From positions 1 through 36,717 of IMG/VR virus record IMGVR_UViG_3300023231_000002: DNA of 36,717 bases. One strand, written 5' to 3'. Shown here piece after piece: positions 24,865 to 35,301 of this stretch; the first letter of the stretch is position 1, and each line of letters begins with the position of its first letter. The notes under the pieces are model-generated. The model saw only the letters and a list, made by a program, of their open reading frames with translations, did not search any database and was not told where the DNA came from. The DNA comes from a virus. Both the position numbers and the translations under genes were made by a program.

Positions 24865-26264
24865 TATGCTGATGGTGATGGTTTTGTGGCCTCTGCTCCT
24901 GTATCAAGCGTGGTGATGAGTGAATTTCTCACTCTAAATTCTAATTTTCCCGCATATTTTTCCCCCTCAATCTTGCGGGGCAGCAGTTTCTCATGCCAGC
25001 CATTGAAACGAGCAATCAGATTCAAAGGTGCCAGAGCCCTATCCTGAGCAAATTTAGCCATGGAAAGCCTCTGATTAAATGCCACCCTATTTCCTGAGCC
25101 ACTACCAGCTCCAAGGCTCCCCCCGGGAGCATTGCCAATCATGGACTGATGCAGGCCAAGAGCTGATATCTTATGCTCTGATGCCTCTCTTGAATCTTCC
25201 ACATAAACTCCATCTTTTGTGATGTGCCCCTTTAGCTCCTCAATTTTCCAGAATTCTCTGTGCATCTGATGCCTATCCAGCCACTCCATGGAGCTCACAT
25301 GAACATTGCCAGCCCCTCCAGAGCCTTTCATGAACTTTTTCCAAGCATTGAGCTCTGCCTGCTGGGCAGATTGCTTTTGGCTGATATCCATTTTATTCCA
25401 CTCCTCTTTTCCAAATCGCATGGGCCAATAATCCATATCAATATGTATGTGATATTTTATGGATGCTTGATTTTCCATGAGGTATTTTTTAAACATGGCA
25501 ATCACTTTGGAGATATCCATCCAGCCTGAATTTCTTGCTGTATTCCAATCGGGCTGCATGTGATTTAACCTCCCTAGATCTGGGATTTTCAGCACAAAAA
25601 TAAATTGGGAAATATTGTCTTGGTTTTCTTTTATAAAATCCAGCTTCCCATATTCAGGCAAAGCTTTGATTTTTGTAGTGGTAGATTTTGAATAGGATGA
25701 TGATCCGTGATCCATATTCACTGCCACCTCTTTGTGATTTCCTTTAACATCCACCACATCCACCCGGCAATTTTTTGCCCTTGTAGTGTGGCACATCATC
25801 CTCACAATTTTCCGAGCCCCCAGAGCTTCATTCAAAATCAGCTGAGGGAAAGCCATGGCTGAGAAATTAAGATCCAGAAACATCTGCATTAATGAAAAAT
25901 CAATGCTTGAATCATGGAGGAAATCCTCAATTTCTTCATCAATTATAGCCTCAAAATATTCATCTCCATCACTATCCACCCGTCTGAAACCATAGGAGAT
26001 GCCTCCCCCATACTGCATTTCACTTTTAAATCTTACCCCGGGCAAAATCACAGTATCATCCTCAGCTGCTGCCTGCAATAGCTGGGGGAGATTATCCTCT
26101 AGCCCCCAAACTGCATGCTCCTTATCACTGGAGGGATTTTCTGAAACCCCGGGCCTCACTGAGGCTGGGAGCTTATTGAAAACCTCCCTCCAAGAAAGCA
26201 CTGTTTGCTCTCCCTCAATGTAAAAGGCTGAAACATCTCCAGCAGATCTAATATTTTCAATCAT
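24864..26264 (-). CDS. Portal protein (candidate), 466 aa
   Basis: Size fits, and it lies one small gene downstream of TerL. The segment ISALGLHQSMIGNAPGGSLG...FAQDRALAPLNLI resembles the conserved portal core motif. Confidence 0.6.
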   Translation of the reverse strand: MIENIRSAGDVSAFYIEGEQTVLSWREVFNKLPASVRPGVSENPSSDKEHAVWGLEDNLPQLLQAAAEDDTVILPGVRFKSEMQYGGGISYGFRRVDSDGDEYFEAIIDEEIEDFLHDSSIDFSLMQMFLDLNFSAMAFPQLILNEALGARKIVRMMCHTTRAKNCRVDVVDVKGNHKEVAVNMDHGSSSYSKSTTTKIKALPEYGKLDFIKENQDNISQFIFVLKIPDLGRLNHMQPDWNTARNSGWMDISKVIAMFKKYLMENQASIKYHIHIDMDYWPMRFGKEEWNKMDISQKQSAQQAELNAWKKFMKGSGGAGNVHVSSMEWLDRHQMHREFWKIEELKGHITKDGVYVEDSREASEHKISALGLHQSMIGNAPGGSLGAGSGSGNRVAFNQRLSMAKFAQDRALAPLNLIARFNGWHEKLLPRKIEGEKYAGKLEFRVRNSLITTLDTGAEATKPSPSA

Positions 26265-26521
26265 ATCACCTCAATTTCGTTGAATTTCATGATGAGCTTT
26301 GTATGGATAGGCACTGGATGAGAGTTTCCACTTACCACAGTCACTGTGCCATGCTTGAAATCATTGTGATTGGAGCCACTACTCACTGCCCCGGTTAATC
26401 TCAAGAGCCTGCCCCCTGTTTTTCTGGATTTATCACAAGATATGAACTCAATGGAAAAAGGGGCTTTTCTCAAATCTGAGTTTCTGATCTCTGAGAGCAC
26501 AGTTTTCAATCCAATTACCAT
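26261..26521 (-). CDS. Hypothetical protein, 86 aa
   Basis: ATG at 26521. Its stop forms an ATGA overlap with the portal candidate start. Confidence 0.5.
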   Translation of the reverse strand: MVIGLKTVLSEIRNSDLRKAPFSIEFISCDKSRKTGGRLLRLTGAVSSGSNHNDFKHGTVTVVSGNSHPVPIHTKLIMKFNEIEVI

Positions 26522-26753
26522 GAATCAAAAATAAGAAACAAGGGATGGAAAATATGGACAACAGGCCAAAAGCATGATTTCATCAAAAAATGGATTCAAT
26601 CTGGGGCAGATTTTAAAATATCAACCCTCTGAAAGCTAGATTTTTAAAGTCGTTTCTAGCAATCCAGAGGAGGAGTGTAAAAACAAAGTCCACCCCATGC
26701 CCTGTTGAGAGATGGGAATTCTACACAAAAAAAAATAGGTTATATGAGGGGAT

Positions 26754-28436
26754 TCAATAAAATCCAGAAACAAAGGAGCCCCCAGAGGAGAGGCCCACAA
26801 TATCTTTGATCACTCCAAAAATGAGCGTATCCCCAGCATCACTCAAGTGGGGAGCCTGCTCCTGCGGGTAATCTTTCCGCCTTTCCTTTGTCTTGTCCTT
26901 CTCATATCCATTGGTGCCCACCTTCATTGGTGTGAGCTTACAGCTCAACGCCCAATCATCTGCATTTCTGGAGTTGTATTTAAACAAAGGGATGGAGGCA
27001 TCCTGATGAGATAAAATCCTCTCCCACATCTCGTATCTGTACTGATGAGAGGGAGTTTGGCCAATATCAATGAGCTCCACCTCCCATGATCCAAATTCAT
27101 CCTCCTTGGATAGCATCTCACTAAATTCCTGATAATATGCAAAATCAATCACAGCACTTGTGCCTTTAGCAGTGTGATCATAGTAATACCTCACTTTTTT
27201 GCTGCTGTGGTGCTGATAGTAAGCCTTAAACTTGAGAGCCAAGTGCTTGAGCTTATTGGGATGCAATACATACAAGCTGTTCAGAAATCTATATTCATCA
27301 CCATACCTCTGGCCCACCACCAATCCATTGATGCTGCCCCCATAATCAAGAGCCACATCAAGGGGCTGCCCAGATAGCACATCATCATCCATCCTAGAAT
27401 CCACATGAGATGCCTGATTCAAATCATAGTTTATCCCATCCAAATAGGTATTGTTATATTTCACATAGCCATGCTTTTCATCACTCAGATCAGGATAAAA
27501 ATTCATCTTCACTGAGCCTTGTTTTTTGTTTAGGATAGAGGTGTTGAATGATAGCGGGGAAAGTGTCCGGCTCATTTGGGTGAAATAAGCAGGCCCGAGG
27601 ATATCAAAATTACTGAAACTATCAGCCTCAGAATAGTAGATCATTTGAGGAATCCCATTCACTGCATTTCCTTTCCTTAGCTCATTGATCAGCTTTTCAC
27701 ATTCTTTAATCTTAAAAGTATATCTCTTTTGAGTTTGAGGGGAGGCTTTTGATAGAGATAGTTTCATTCTTTGGATCTCCCTCTGTAAATCTAAAACAGC
27801 ATTCACCCTGTTGAGATTTTGTTTCTCTTTATACAGTTTCTCTTTATCCAGCAGCCAAAGCCCTTTTTCTGCTGTTGGCATATCGGAAGTTAAAAGGATT
27901 GAGTGATGGCTGGCATGCTTACCAAATAAAGCTAGGTGGCCCCTATTGGCTGGCAGCAGCTCCTCCTCAAATCTCTGCTGATTTAAAAATTTGGCCTCAT
28001 CCCCCACAATCCAGTCAATATTCAAACCATTAGCTGAGTTTGGCCTGTCTTGGCTGACTAAAGTCATAGCTGAGCCATTCCTCCAGTGCATTAAATACTG
28101 AGCTTTCAAAGGGCAATTATATGGCCTTTCCCATTTCCATGAGGCTGGAGCAAACTCCCCAAAAAAGAAATCTCTCCCCCTGATATATCCATGCCTCTCC
28201 AGCCCCTCCAATATACCCGGGAGAGTTTTAGTGAGCATCGACTGATAAGTATCAGCCACCATCACCCCCAAACTCCGGGGCATATCAAAAACATTATCAA
28301 TGATCCGGGGAGCAATCCGGCCAGAGGATTTCCCTGTGCCCCTTGCCCAGATATCAATCTCAACAGGGGCATTCACTAGATTAGCCCGGAGCTGTGGGGG
28401 ATTGTAATATACTTTTTTTATGTTTTCATCACTCAT
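26754..28436 (-). CDS. terL: Terminase large subunit, 560 aa
   Basis: Walker A IWARGTGKSSG and Walker B WIVGDEAKF, with a C-terminal nuclease-sized domain. Size and context are typical. Confidence 0.9.
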   Translation of the reverse strand: MSDENIKKVYYNPPQLRANLVNAPVEIDIWARGTGKSSGRIAPRIIDNVFDMPRSLGVMVADTYQSMLTKTLPGILEGLERHGYIRGRDFFFGEFAPASWKWERPYNCPLKAQYLMHWRNGSAMTLVSQDRPNSANGLNIDWIVGDEAKFLNQQRFEEELLPANRGHLALFGKHASHHSILLTSDMPTAEKGLWLLDKEKLYKEKQNLNRVNAVLDLQREIQRMKLSLSKASPQTQKRYTFKIKECEKLINELRKGNAVNGIPQMIYYSEADSFSNFDILGPAYFTQMSRTLSPLSFNTSILNKKQGSVKMNFYPDLSDEKHGYVKYNNTYLDGINYDLNQASHVDSRMDDDVLSGQPLDVALDYGGSINGLVVGQRYGDEYRFLNSLYVLHPNKLKHLALKFKAYYQHHSSKKVRYYYDHTAKGTSAVIDFAYYQEFSEMLSKEDEFGSWEVELIDIGQTPSHQYRYEMWERILSHQDASIPLFKYNSRNADDWALSCKLTPMKVGTNGYEKDKTKERRKDYPQEQAPHLSDAGDTLIFGVIKDIVGLSSGGSFVSGFY

Positions 28437-29067
28437 GAAAATCTGTATCTACAGCAGATCGAGCTGCCATTTCATTTATCAATTTCTCTGCAAACTTTAT
28501 TGGATCAACAGATTTTGCAATTCCCAAATCCTCCACATTTGTTGTGATGTGAACCTCAATTTTGCCAATCTCAGCCCAATTGGGGATTTCAGCTCCAGCA
28601 TCTTTATCAAAACCTGTAACTCTGCGGAGCTCACTCAATGCATCAATGTAGGATTTCAGGAGCTTTGTATCTAGCTGGGGGAATTTCTTTTTCTCCTCGG
28701 GGCTATCTATAGAATGATTGCCGTGGATGTGCTCATGGATCTCAGCTATGGTTTGAGTGAGCTTATCCAAAGAAAACTGTCTCCAATATGATTTTTCAGC
28801 TTTGGGCCTTGATCCATAGATGTACATAGCATCCCCCACCAAAGCATCTGCTGATCTTCTGGATATATCATACATATTGAGGAGCATCTTTTTTGCTTTT
28901 GATATCCCCCACCTATGAATAAGCTCATGAGCTGAAAGGCTCCGCTCAAGCATCTCATTTTCTTTTTCCGACAACCTCACATCATGCCCTGAAAGCCATA
29001 GAGCCACCTTATCCCTAGAGTGGGCAATCACGCTGATTTTCTCTGTTGGTTTGCTTATATCATCCAT
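28429..29067 (-). CDS. Hypothetical protein, 212 aa (terminase small subunit candidate by position only)
   Basis: The track start at 29088 is TTG. The ATG at 29067 overlaps the upstream stop by 8 nt. Lies immediately upstream of, and overlapping, terL. Confidence 0.3.
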   Translation of the reverse strand: MDDISKPTEKISVIAHSRDKVALWLSGHDVRLSEKENEMLERSLSAHELIHRWGISKAKKMLLNMYDISRRSADALVGDAMYIYGSRPKAEKSYWRQFSLDKLTQTIAEIHEHIHGNHSIDSPEEKKKFPQLDTKLLKSYIDALSELRRVTGFDKDAGAEIPNWAEIGKIEVHITTNVEDLGIAKSVDPIKFAEKLINEMAARSAVDTDFHE

Positions 29068-29722
29068 GAGTTTCTTTGAATTTTTCAATCTCTTTTAAAA
29101 TCTGCTCTCTGTTTCTGTATTCTGCTGGATTTCGGAGAGCCCCCGTTTTTTTCCTGTGGGCTTTTTCCTTTGCCACATAGTTTAAAGCCTGTGGATGCAA
29201 ATCCAGCAGCTCAGCAGCTCTTTTCAATTCATTTGGCATTTCTTTTTCTGTTGTGCCCGGCATTCTTTTTCTGTGATCTCTGTAGTAATCCAGAACCCTC
29301 CAAGCTGATGATATTCTTTCCTGTAATTCAATAATATCAAAACAGATTTGGGATCCCCAAGAGATATCTGGATTCCTTCGCTGGTTTTGATTTCTGGTAT
29401 AATAGATGGTTTTTAAAACCCCTCTCATCTCATCAATATTGGTGTACCAGATTTTAATATCACCATGGATGAGTTTTAAATCTGAGGGGAAATCATCTGT
29501 GGAGAAATCCCCAAATTTTGAAGGGAGAGAAACGGCTGCCAGCTCTGAGAAAAGCAGATCAATTTTATCCCTTGAGAAAGGGCAATCAACAGCCACAATA
29601 GTTTTGAAAACTGGCTTTATCAGCCCTTTTTTAATGGCTGAATCAATAATCTTTAAAGCCAGAGCATGAGGGGATTTCTCATTTTTCCAAACAGCTATTT
29701 CATTCTGGATAGAATTCTCCAT
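29060..29722 (-). CDS. Hypothetical protein, 220 aa
   Basis: ATG at 29722, about 10 nt after the terminator U-run. No motif recognised. Confidence 0.5.
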   Translation of the reverse strand: MENSIQNEIAVWKNEKSPHALALKIIDSAIKKGLIKPVFKTIVAVDCPFSRDKIDLLFSELAAVSLPSKFGDFSTDDFPSDLKLIHGDIKIWYTNIDEMRGVLKTIYYTRNQNQRRNPDISWGSQICFDIIELQERISSAWRVLDYYRDHRKRMPGTTEKEMPNELKRAAELLDLHPQALNYVAKEKAHRKKTGALRNPAEYRNREQILKEIEKFKETHG

Positions 29723-29731
29723 TTTTTGAGC

Positions 29732-29760
29732 AAAAAAGGCCGGATAAAGCTCCGGCCTTT
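29732..29760 (-). terminator. Rho-independent terminator closing the head module
   Basis: Stem ggccgga (29738..29744) / tccggcc (29751..29757), extendable by AAA/TTT. On the minus strand it is followed by U6 (plus-strand A6 at 29732..29737). Confidence 0.7.
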
Positions 29761-29779
29761 AAAATTTATTTTGAATCAT

Positions 29780-29980
29780 TTATTTTACTTCGCTGGGCTT
29801 TTTGCCCTCTGCTTTCTCTTGTTTTGGTGGCTTCACATCCACAAGCACTATGTGCTTGAAAGAGGGATCTTTTGCCAACCTGAGCAGAGCTGCATCAGAA
29901 ATATCTTTTGCAGTGTACGAATTGCCCCTATGACAAAACCTCACAGGGCATGATTTCAATATCTTGGGAGATTGTTCCAT
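29780..29980 (-). CDS. Hypothetical protein, 66 aa
   Basis: ATG at 29980 checked. Basic C-terminus. Confidence 0.45.
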   Translation of the reverse strand: MEQSPKILKSCPVRFCHRGNSYTAKDISDAALLRLAKDPSFKHIVLVDVKPPKQEKAEGKKPSEVK

Positions 29981-29983
29981 CTT

Positions 29984-30520
29984 TTATGGAGTAGGCTCTG
30001 TGATAACACCCTGATAAAACAAGAGTGATGGCTGGTAGGATCTGATTTTAAATTCATATCCTTTCACACCCTCTTTCACTGTTCCGGCTTTGAATGAGTG
30101 ATCTGGGGCAATCTTAGCTGGTGCACAGCTGGTTCCAATCTGCAAGCGGTTTGTGCCGTTACAAGGGAAAGGCTCCACCACACAAATCAGCTCTGGATCA
30201 TCCAATAAAAAAGCCTCAAACTCAGCAGATGTGCCCGGGAAAAAGCATAAAACCTCCACCATTCTGCCCTTGGAATCTTCCTCACCAATTCCAGCGGATT
30301 CCAGATCCCTTTTTTCTGCTGTGGTGTACATCAAGCGAAAACCATCAGTGCCCACAGTGAAAGTGTGATCTCCGTCAATTGTTACCTTTTCAGCCTGAGA
30401 TGATGGGGTTGCAAATACAGAGGCCAAAACATTGAACTCTGAAAGCTCTGCATACCAAACATTACCGAGGCCCGGAGTGGTATTAACTCCAGCTGTTTTT
30501 AAAGTGATTCCAAAATCCAT
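29984..30520 (-). CDS. Hypothetical structural protein, 178 aa
   Basis: TAATG overlap with the upstream gene. Beta-rich composition. Function not recognisable. Confidence 0.5.
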   Translation of the reverse strand: MDFGITLKTAGVNTTPGLGNVWYAELSEFNVLASVFATPSSQAEKVTIDGDHTFTVGTDGFRLMYTTAEKRDLESAGIGEEDSKGRMVEVLCFFPGTSAEFEAFLLDDPELICVVEPFPCNGTNRLQIGTSCAPAKIAPDHSFKAGTVKEGVKGYEFKIRSYQPSLLFYQGVITEPTP

Positions 30521-30897
30521 TATTCCACAGCTTTTATAAGCTCAGCACCATACTTGATGAGCTTTGGTAGATACTTAGCGAATTTCTCAGGGCTCTCTGC
30601 AATAGCTTTGGCAGCCACTGGCTTGCCATCTACTGTGATCAGTGGCTGAGTGATCTCATACTTTTGCTTTTCAAAAACAAAAGTTGGATTTCCTGTTTTG
30701 GCTGTACTTGCTGCCTGTTTGTTTGCTGTTTGCAGCTCTGCAATAGCAGCCACCAATTCAGTTTCCACCTCCTTTGAGGCTTGCAGCTCAGCTTTTAGGG
30801 ATAGTATTTCAGCACTCCCAGCTGCTGTGGATAGTGCTTTCACCATCTCAATCAATTCAGCTTTGCTGAGTTTTGATAAATTTTGAGGATTTGACAT
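30520..30897 (-). CDS. Ala/Glu/Lys-rich coiled-coil protein, 125 aa (head-associated, function unknown)
   Basis: ATG at 30897. Follows the capsid candidate and its hairpin. Confidence 0.5.
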   Translation of the reverse strand: MSNPQNLSKLSKAELIEMVKALSTAAGSAEILSLKAELQASKEVETELVAAIAELQTANKQAASTAKTGNPTFVFEKQKYEITQPLITVDGKPVAAKAIAESPEKFAKYLPKLIKYGAELIKAVE

Positions 30898-30925
30898 AAT
30901 AAAAATGTGTTAAATGAGTGAAAAC

Positions 30926-30948
30926 CCTCCCAGCTGTTCACTGGGAGG
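30926..30948 (-). terminator. Hairpin after the capsid gene (attenuator or partial terminator)
   Basis: Perfect 8-bp arms cctcccag (30926..30933) / ctgggagg (30941..30948) with a 7-nt loop. On the minus strand it is followed by GUUUUCACUCAUUU. Confidence 0.45.
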
Positions 30949-30963
30949 ATTTGAAAATTTCAA

Positions 30964-31926
30964 TTATGGATTCATCTCCAAATTATTTGTGAAAACATTC
31001 TCTGGAATAGCAAAGCCATATCCTTTGTGGTAATCATTCCAAACCTTTACTGTTCTGTCCATAGATTCAATCTGATATCTGGATTCATTCACGGCATGTT
31101 TAAATGCCACAATAGCATTGCTTTTCTCTGTTGCTATGATTTTATCAGAGGTTCCCAGAGCTTCCTCTCCAAATACTTTGATGTTCGGGTAAAGTCTTAA
31201 AACATCGATCTCAGCCTGCTGATAATTCATGTTGTATTTTTCAATCATCCCCTCTTTATATAAAGCATGATTTTCAACCGACATGATCAGAGGCATCATT
31301 TTTCTCCTGTATCTAATATTGATATCATTCACAAAAGCCTCCACCTGATCAACAAAAGCCTCTCCTGTAGTGGCTAAAGCACCAGTGGTGATGGGGGCAA
31401 TTCTGCCCGATGTAATGTGTGCGTTGATGGTGAATTTTACACCATTCATGGCTGTGCTAACTGCTCCAGCTGTGCCGGGAGTGGGAGGTGCTAAAAACTC
31501 TCCATTATAAGCTTCATTTAAAATGCAATCCTCAATTGATTTGGGCTGGATATGCTCCTCAATTAACCATCTTATGAGTGGCCATGTTTTTCTGTCCTGA
31601 TCAGATGATGAAAGCCAATCCATCCACGTATCCACAAGATCATCAGGGGAAAGGGCCACATCATTTTTGAGCCTAAATAAAGGGATGGGAGATGGAGTGT
31701 ACGTTTCCTCTCCAGCTGGGCTCCAATCATTCTGGAAAGGCTGCAAGACTCTTGACATTGCAACAGATGCAAGCTGAAAGATTGAGGCATCCTTTGATTC
31801 TCTGCGGGTAAAATGCTGATCAAAAGTGTTTTCAGCATAAAGCTGTTTGAACATTCTTGAGCTGTTCTGCCCTGAATTGAGGTAGTAATCCCCGTATTCT
31901 GTTATTAAATCCGTTACTATCGACAT
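30964..31926 (-). CDS. Major capsid protein (candidate), 320 aa
   Basis: Lies immediately downstream of the protease/scaffold gene and is followed by a hairpin. Size is typical of HK97-fold capsid proteins. No diagnostic motif recognised. Confidence 0.6.
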   Translation of the reverse strand: MSIVTDLITEYGDYYLNSGQNSSRMFKQLYAENTFDQHFTRRESKDASIFQLASVAMSRVLQPFQNDWSPAGEETYTPSPIPLFRLKNDVALSPDDLVDTWMDWLSSSDQDRKTWPLIRWLIEEHIQPKSIEDCILNEAYNGEFLAPPTPGTAGAVSTAMNGVKFTINAHITSGRIAPITTGALATTGEAFVDQVEAFVNDINIRYRRKMMPLIMSVENHALYKEGMIEKYNMNYQQAEIDVLRLYPNIKVFGEEALGTSDKIIATEKSNAIVAFKHAVNESRYQIESMDRTVKVWNDYHKGYGFAIPENVFTNNLEMNP

Positions 31927-31952
31927 TGTTTATAAAATTAAAAAATTAAAAA

Positions 31953-33107
31953 TCAGTGAATTGATGATGTGCCGTGAGCTTGATCTGCTCTCTGATTGTG
32001 GGCTAATTGAGCTGATGGATCTGGTTCTGGTGGTGGATCATCCCCCGAATTAATACTGGCACCGGGAGCAAGCTTTTCAAGCTTAGCACAAACAAGAGCA
32101 TGATCTGATTTTAAGGATGTAGCAGTGGCCACAATCTCAGCCACCTCCACTCCCAGCACAGCAGCTGCATCAGTGATGGTTTGGTTTGAAACTTTCAGAG
32201 CTTGCTCTGACGTTGAAAGTGATGCTTTTACATCACTCAAATCTGAGGCAGTGATCACATCACCCTCTTTTAAAGCAGCTGTGATTTCCTCTAAAATAGA
32301 GGCCTTTTCATCAGCACTCAATGCTAAAATTTTGCCACTCTCTAAAGCAGCCTTTAATGATTCAAAATTCATTTTGGATTCTGGTTTTGGTTTTTCTTTT
32401 GGTGTTAATGCAGCTCTAATCATAGCAAACCAATTTTGCTTTGCCTCTGGGGCTTTCATTGATTGGATATGCTGTGCTGCAATGGATGCATAGGTTTTCC
32501 CCTTAAAAGCTGAGGCACTTGGTACCCCCTCAACAGCTATAGGCTCTACTATATCCACTAAACTGGCAGCAGCAGCCTCATCTGAGGTGAAAAAATTATC
32601 CTTGTAATTTAAAAAAGTGGTGGTGGCATCCTCTACTGGCTGGCCTGTTTTCGAGGATATCAAAAGGGCCATGGATTTATCAAAAACATCCAAGGTTTTT
32701 GCCATCTCTCTATGATCAGCAGCATTGCCATAAACTCCTGATGAGGAATTGTGAATCATTAAAATGGCATTTTCTGCCATGTGTACTTTATGCCCTGAAA
32801 TAGCTATCAATCCAGCCATGCTCATTGCCACTCCATCAATCCACGTATGTACCTCAGATGAGGATTGAGCTATTGCATTTGAAATAGCAATCCCCTCCCC
32901 CATTGAGCCTCCATAGGAGTTGATTCTCACATTGATGAGAGAGAACTCCTTTTCCAAAGCTTTAAACTCCTCTGTGAATTTTTTGGCAGTATTGATCTCT
33001 TGATAAGTGTCATAATCAAACCCACCAATATCACCATAAAGCAATATTTCAGCAGATCCATCTGCTGCATTCTTTATAATATCCCAATATTGCTGGCTCA
33101 TAAGCAT
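31953..33107 (-). CDS. ClpP-family prohead protease fused to an Ala-rich scaffold-like C-terminal region, 384 aa
   Basis: ILLYGDIGG...INSYGGSMGEGIAISNAI...IDGVAMSMAGLIA...ILMIHNSS follows the ClpP/S14 pattern, with Ser in the xMSMAG motif and His in MIHN. The C-terminal 170 aa are A/E/K-rich and helical. Confidence 0.85.
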   Translation of the reverse strand: MLMSQQYWDIIKNAADGSAEILLYGDIGGFDYDTYQEINTAKKFTEEFKALEKEFSLINVRINSYGGSMGEGIAISNAIAQSSSEVHTWIDGVAMSMAGLIAISGHKVHMAENAILMIHNSSSGVYGNAADHREMAKTLDVFDKSMALLISSKTGQPVEDATTTFLNYKDNFFTSDEAAAASLVDIVEPIAVEGVPSASAFKGKTYASIAAQHIQSMKAPEAKQNWFAMIRAALTPKEKPKPESKMNFESLKAALESGKILALSADEKASILEEITAALKEGDVITASDLSDVKASLSTSEQALKVSNQTITDAAAVLGVEVAEIVATATSLKSDHALVCAKLEKLAPGASINSGDDPPPEPDPSAQLAHNQRADQAHGTSSIH

Positions 33108-33178
33108 TGAAAAGATTGTTCTGTTCTCAGAGTGTGCAAATTGGGAAATGAGAGCTGAGCAAAATGGACAGATTTTAA

Positions 33179-33652
33179 CTAAAAATCATAAGAGGGAAAT
33201 GGATTTGTATTTAAGCATTGAAAGCTCATAGATAAAATATTTCCCTCAGAAAACTTTTCCCCATGCTTTCTGCTATTCAATAAAATGGAAACTGGCTCCT
33301 CGGGTGTTCCTATTAAGTACGTTTGCCCATTCTGATTGGTGTATTTTACTAAAAAATCCTTTTTGCCAGCTGCCTTTAATAGCTGCACCCTATCAGCAGT
33401 ATCAGTAGTGGCTCTCCCTGATAAAGCAAACCTGAAACCCTCTGCTCCCTCCAGTTCAATCCTCTGCTCTGATGCCTCAGATTCCCATCTTGTGAAAACA
33501 AAATTCTCCCAATCATTCCCCCCAGCAAAAACAATGGCAGAGGCTACTGCTTGATTGTAAATATCAGGGAATGTGGTGATGCCATTTTCAATATCATAAA
33601 CATCAATGGAGCAAACTCCCCCATGGGATTGGCTTGTCATTTTTCCTAGCAT
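33179..33652 (-). CDS. Hypothetical protein, 157 aa
   Basis: ATG at 33652 checked. No motif recognised. Confidence 0.5.
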   Translation of the reverse strand: MLGKMTSQSHGGVCSIDVYDIENGITTFPDIYNQAVASAIVFAGGNDWENFVFTRWESEASEQRIELEGAEGFRFALSGRATTDTADRVQLLKAAGKKDFLVKYTNQNGQTYLIGTPEEPVSILLNSRKHGEKFSEGNILSMSFQCLNTNPFPSYDF

Positions 33653-33694
33653 TTTATTGATTTTTCATGGACAAAAAGCCCCATTTTTGCTTAT

Positions 33695-34177
33695 CTAATT
33701 GATAGCCATTGTTTTGAGCTTGCTTTTGTACCTATTCACAAGCTTCTGAGCTGTGAATTCAGGCAAATCATCAATGGAGAGATCATATTTCTGAGAGAAA
33801 TCTCTAATCAGCCCAATCTGCATCTGCTTTTCAGCATTAATCATCAGCCCCTCGCTTTTAGTTACAAATTGGCAAAGCTCCTGTTTCCACATTTTTTCCA
33901 GAAAACTATCCAGCAAAAGCATTTTATCAGGAGAAATCCAGATTTCAACACTCCTCCCAAATCTGTTTGGTTTTGATTCCTCTGGTAAAAAAACAATGGT
34001 TTCATGGGAATGCCTGAAAGCTCCTGTTTTCACTGTTGGCATTTTTTCAATCAAAATATTCAACAGCTTAACCAAAGGGCCATGATACTCGTGGCATTTT
34101 GAATTATTCAATTTAAAATCCAGCCATTTACATGAAACAGGGGAGAGATAAAGCTTTAAAGCTGATTTTCTACGCAT
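33695..34177 (-). CDS. Hypothetical protein, 160 aa
   Basis: ATG at 34177 overlaps the upstream stop by 8 nt. Confidence 0.5.
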   Translation of the reverse strand: MRRKSALKLYLSPVSCKWLDFKLNNSKCHEYHGPLVKLLNILIEKMPTVKTGAFRHSHETIVFLPEESKPNRFGRSVEIWISPDKMLLLDSFLEKMWKQELCQFVTKSEGLMINAEKQMQIGLIRDFSQKYDLSIDDLPEFTAQKLVNRYKSKLKTMAIN

Positions 34178-34466
34178 CCCCCGGCTCTAAATTTTCAAAT
34201 TCAGGATATTGGCTCTCAGCTATCCTCACCACATGCTGCAAAAAGAATGCAGCGATGGCCTGTTGAGCTGGGCCATCCAAGGTGATTGGGTATGGCCAAG
34301 TTCTATCATTGAGCTCATCCCATGCTCTTGTTGTCAAAATCAACTCATCACTATCAAAATCAAACTGGATGAGCTTTGGTTTGCCGTTTGGATCTTCCAA
34401 TTGCACTGGCTCATTCTCTCCATTGTCAATTTTTACTTTGCCGTTTTTTTTGAATAAAAATTCCAT
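34170..34466 (-). CDS. Hypothetical protein, 98 aa
   Basis: ATG at 34466 checked. Confidence 0.5.
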   Translation of the reverse strand: MEFLFKKNGKVKIDNGENEPVQLEDPNGKPKLIQFDFDSDELILTTRAWDELNDRTWPYPITLDGPAQQAIAAFFLQHVVRIAESQYPEFENLEPGDA

Positions 34467-34476
34467 AGCATTAAAT

Positions 34477-35301
34477 TTAAAAATCTCCGGGTGCCATCAT
34501 CATGCAGAGAGTAGAGAATGCTGGATCATAATCCAGCATTCTTTTCAATGAGAATAACGTCCAAACCTTCCCAATATTTTCGGTATTTCTGGTGATTGTG
34601 TACATAGTATTTGCAATGGAGATGGATGAAAAAGGAGCATGCAAACCAGATGAGCCCTGATTTAGCCAAATTTCAAAATATCTACGAGTAAACCCCATCC
34701 AATTAGTGATTGAGCCTGTGGAGTTGGTATTTATAGCAGCCAAATGATTTACCAAATTAGTTGTGCCATTCACTGTGCTATTGAAAATATATGTGCCCGT
34801 TAAATGGCATTGCACCACCCCATTGGAATAGGTTTGCCCCCCCAGCACATCAGTGAAACGGATTTTTGTGCCGTGGATATTGTTATAAAGGAGCAGGGAT
34901 GGATTGGATGAGTCCAATTGCTGGCAGTATAAAGGATTTGCTGGCACTGAATTGTACCAAGCAACAAAAGTGGAATCTTGCATCCAGTATCCCTCATCAT
35001 AATCCATGTATGATGTAATCTGCTCAAGTGGTGGCCTGTGGTATTGGATGCCAGATTTTTCAATCACCTCCCCGGGAATAACGATATTAACAGCTGCTGG
35101 AGCTGTGCCTATTATTCCAGTATCATCTGAAATACTAACATCAGCCAAAACAGCAGTTTCCCCACTAGCGATCTCTAAAGAAAACGATTCATCAGAATTC
35201 TCTGCAATGGCTGGCAAACAAGTGGCCCCAATATACATCAAGGGGAATGAGGCAGAGGCAGATACTGGAGTACTTATATTGAATGAAACAATAAATCCCA
35301 T
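34477..35301 (-). CDS. Hypothetical protein, 274 aa
   Basis: ATG at 35301 shares one base with the upstream TGA stop. Confidence 0.5.
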   Translation of the reverse strand: MGFIVSFNISTPVSASASFPLMYIGATCLPAIAENSDESFSLEIASGETAVLADVSISDDTGIIGTAPAAVNIVIPGEVIEKSGIQYHRPPLEQITSYMDYDEGYWMQDSTFVAWYNSVPANPLYCQQLDSSNPSLLLYNNIHGTKIRFTDVLGGQTYSNGVVQCHLTGTYIFNSTVNGTTNLVNHLAAINTNSTGSITNWMGFTRRYFEIWLNQGSSGLHAPFSSISIANTMYTITRNTENIGKVWTLFSLKRMLDYDPAFSTLCMMMAPGDF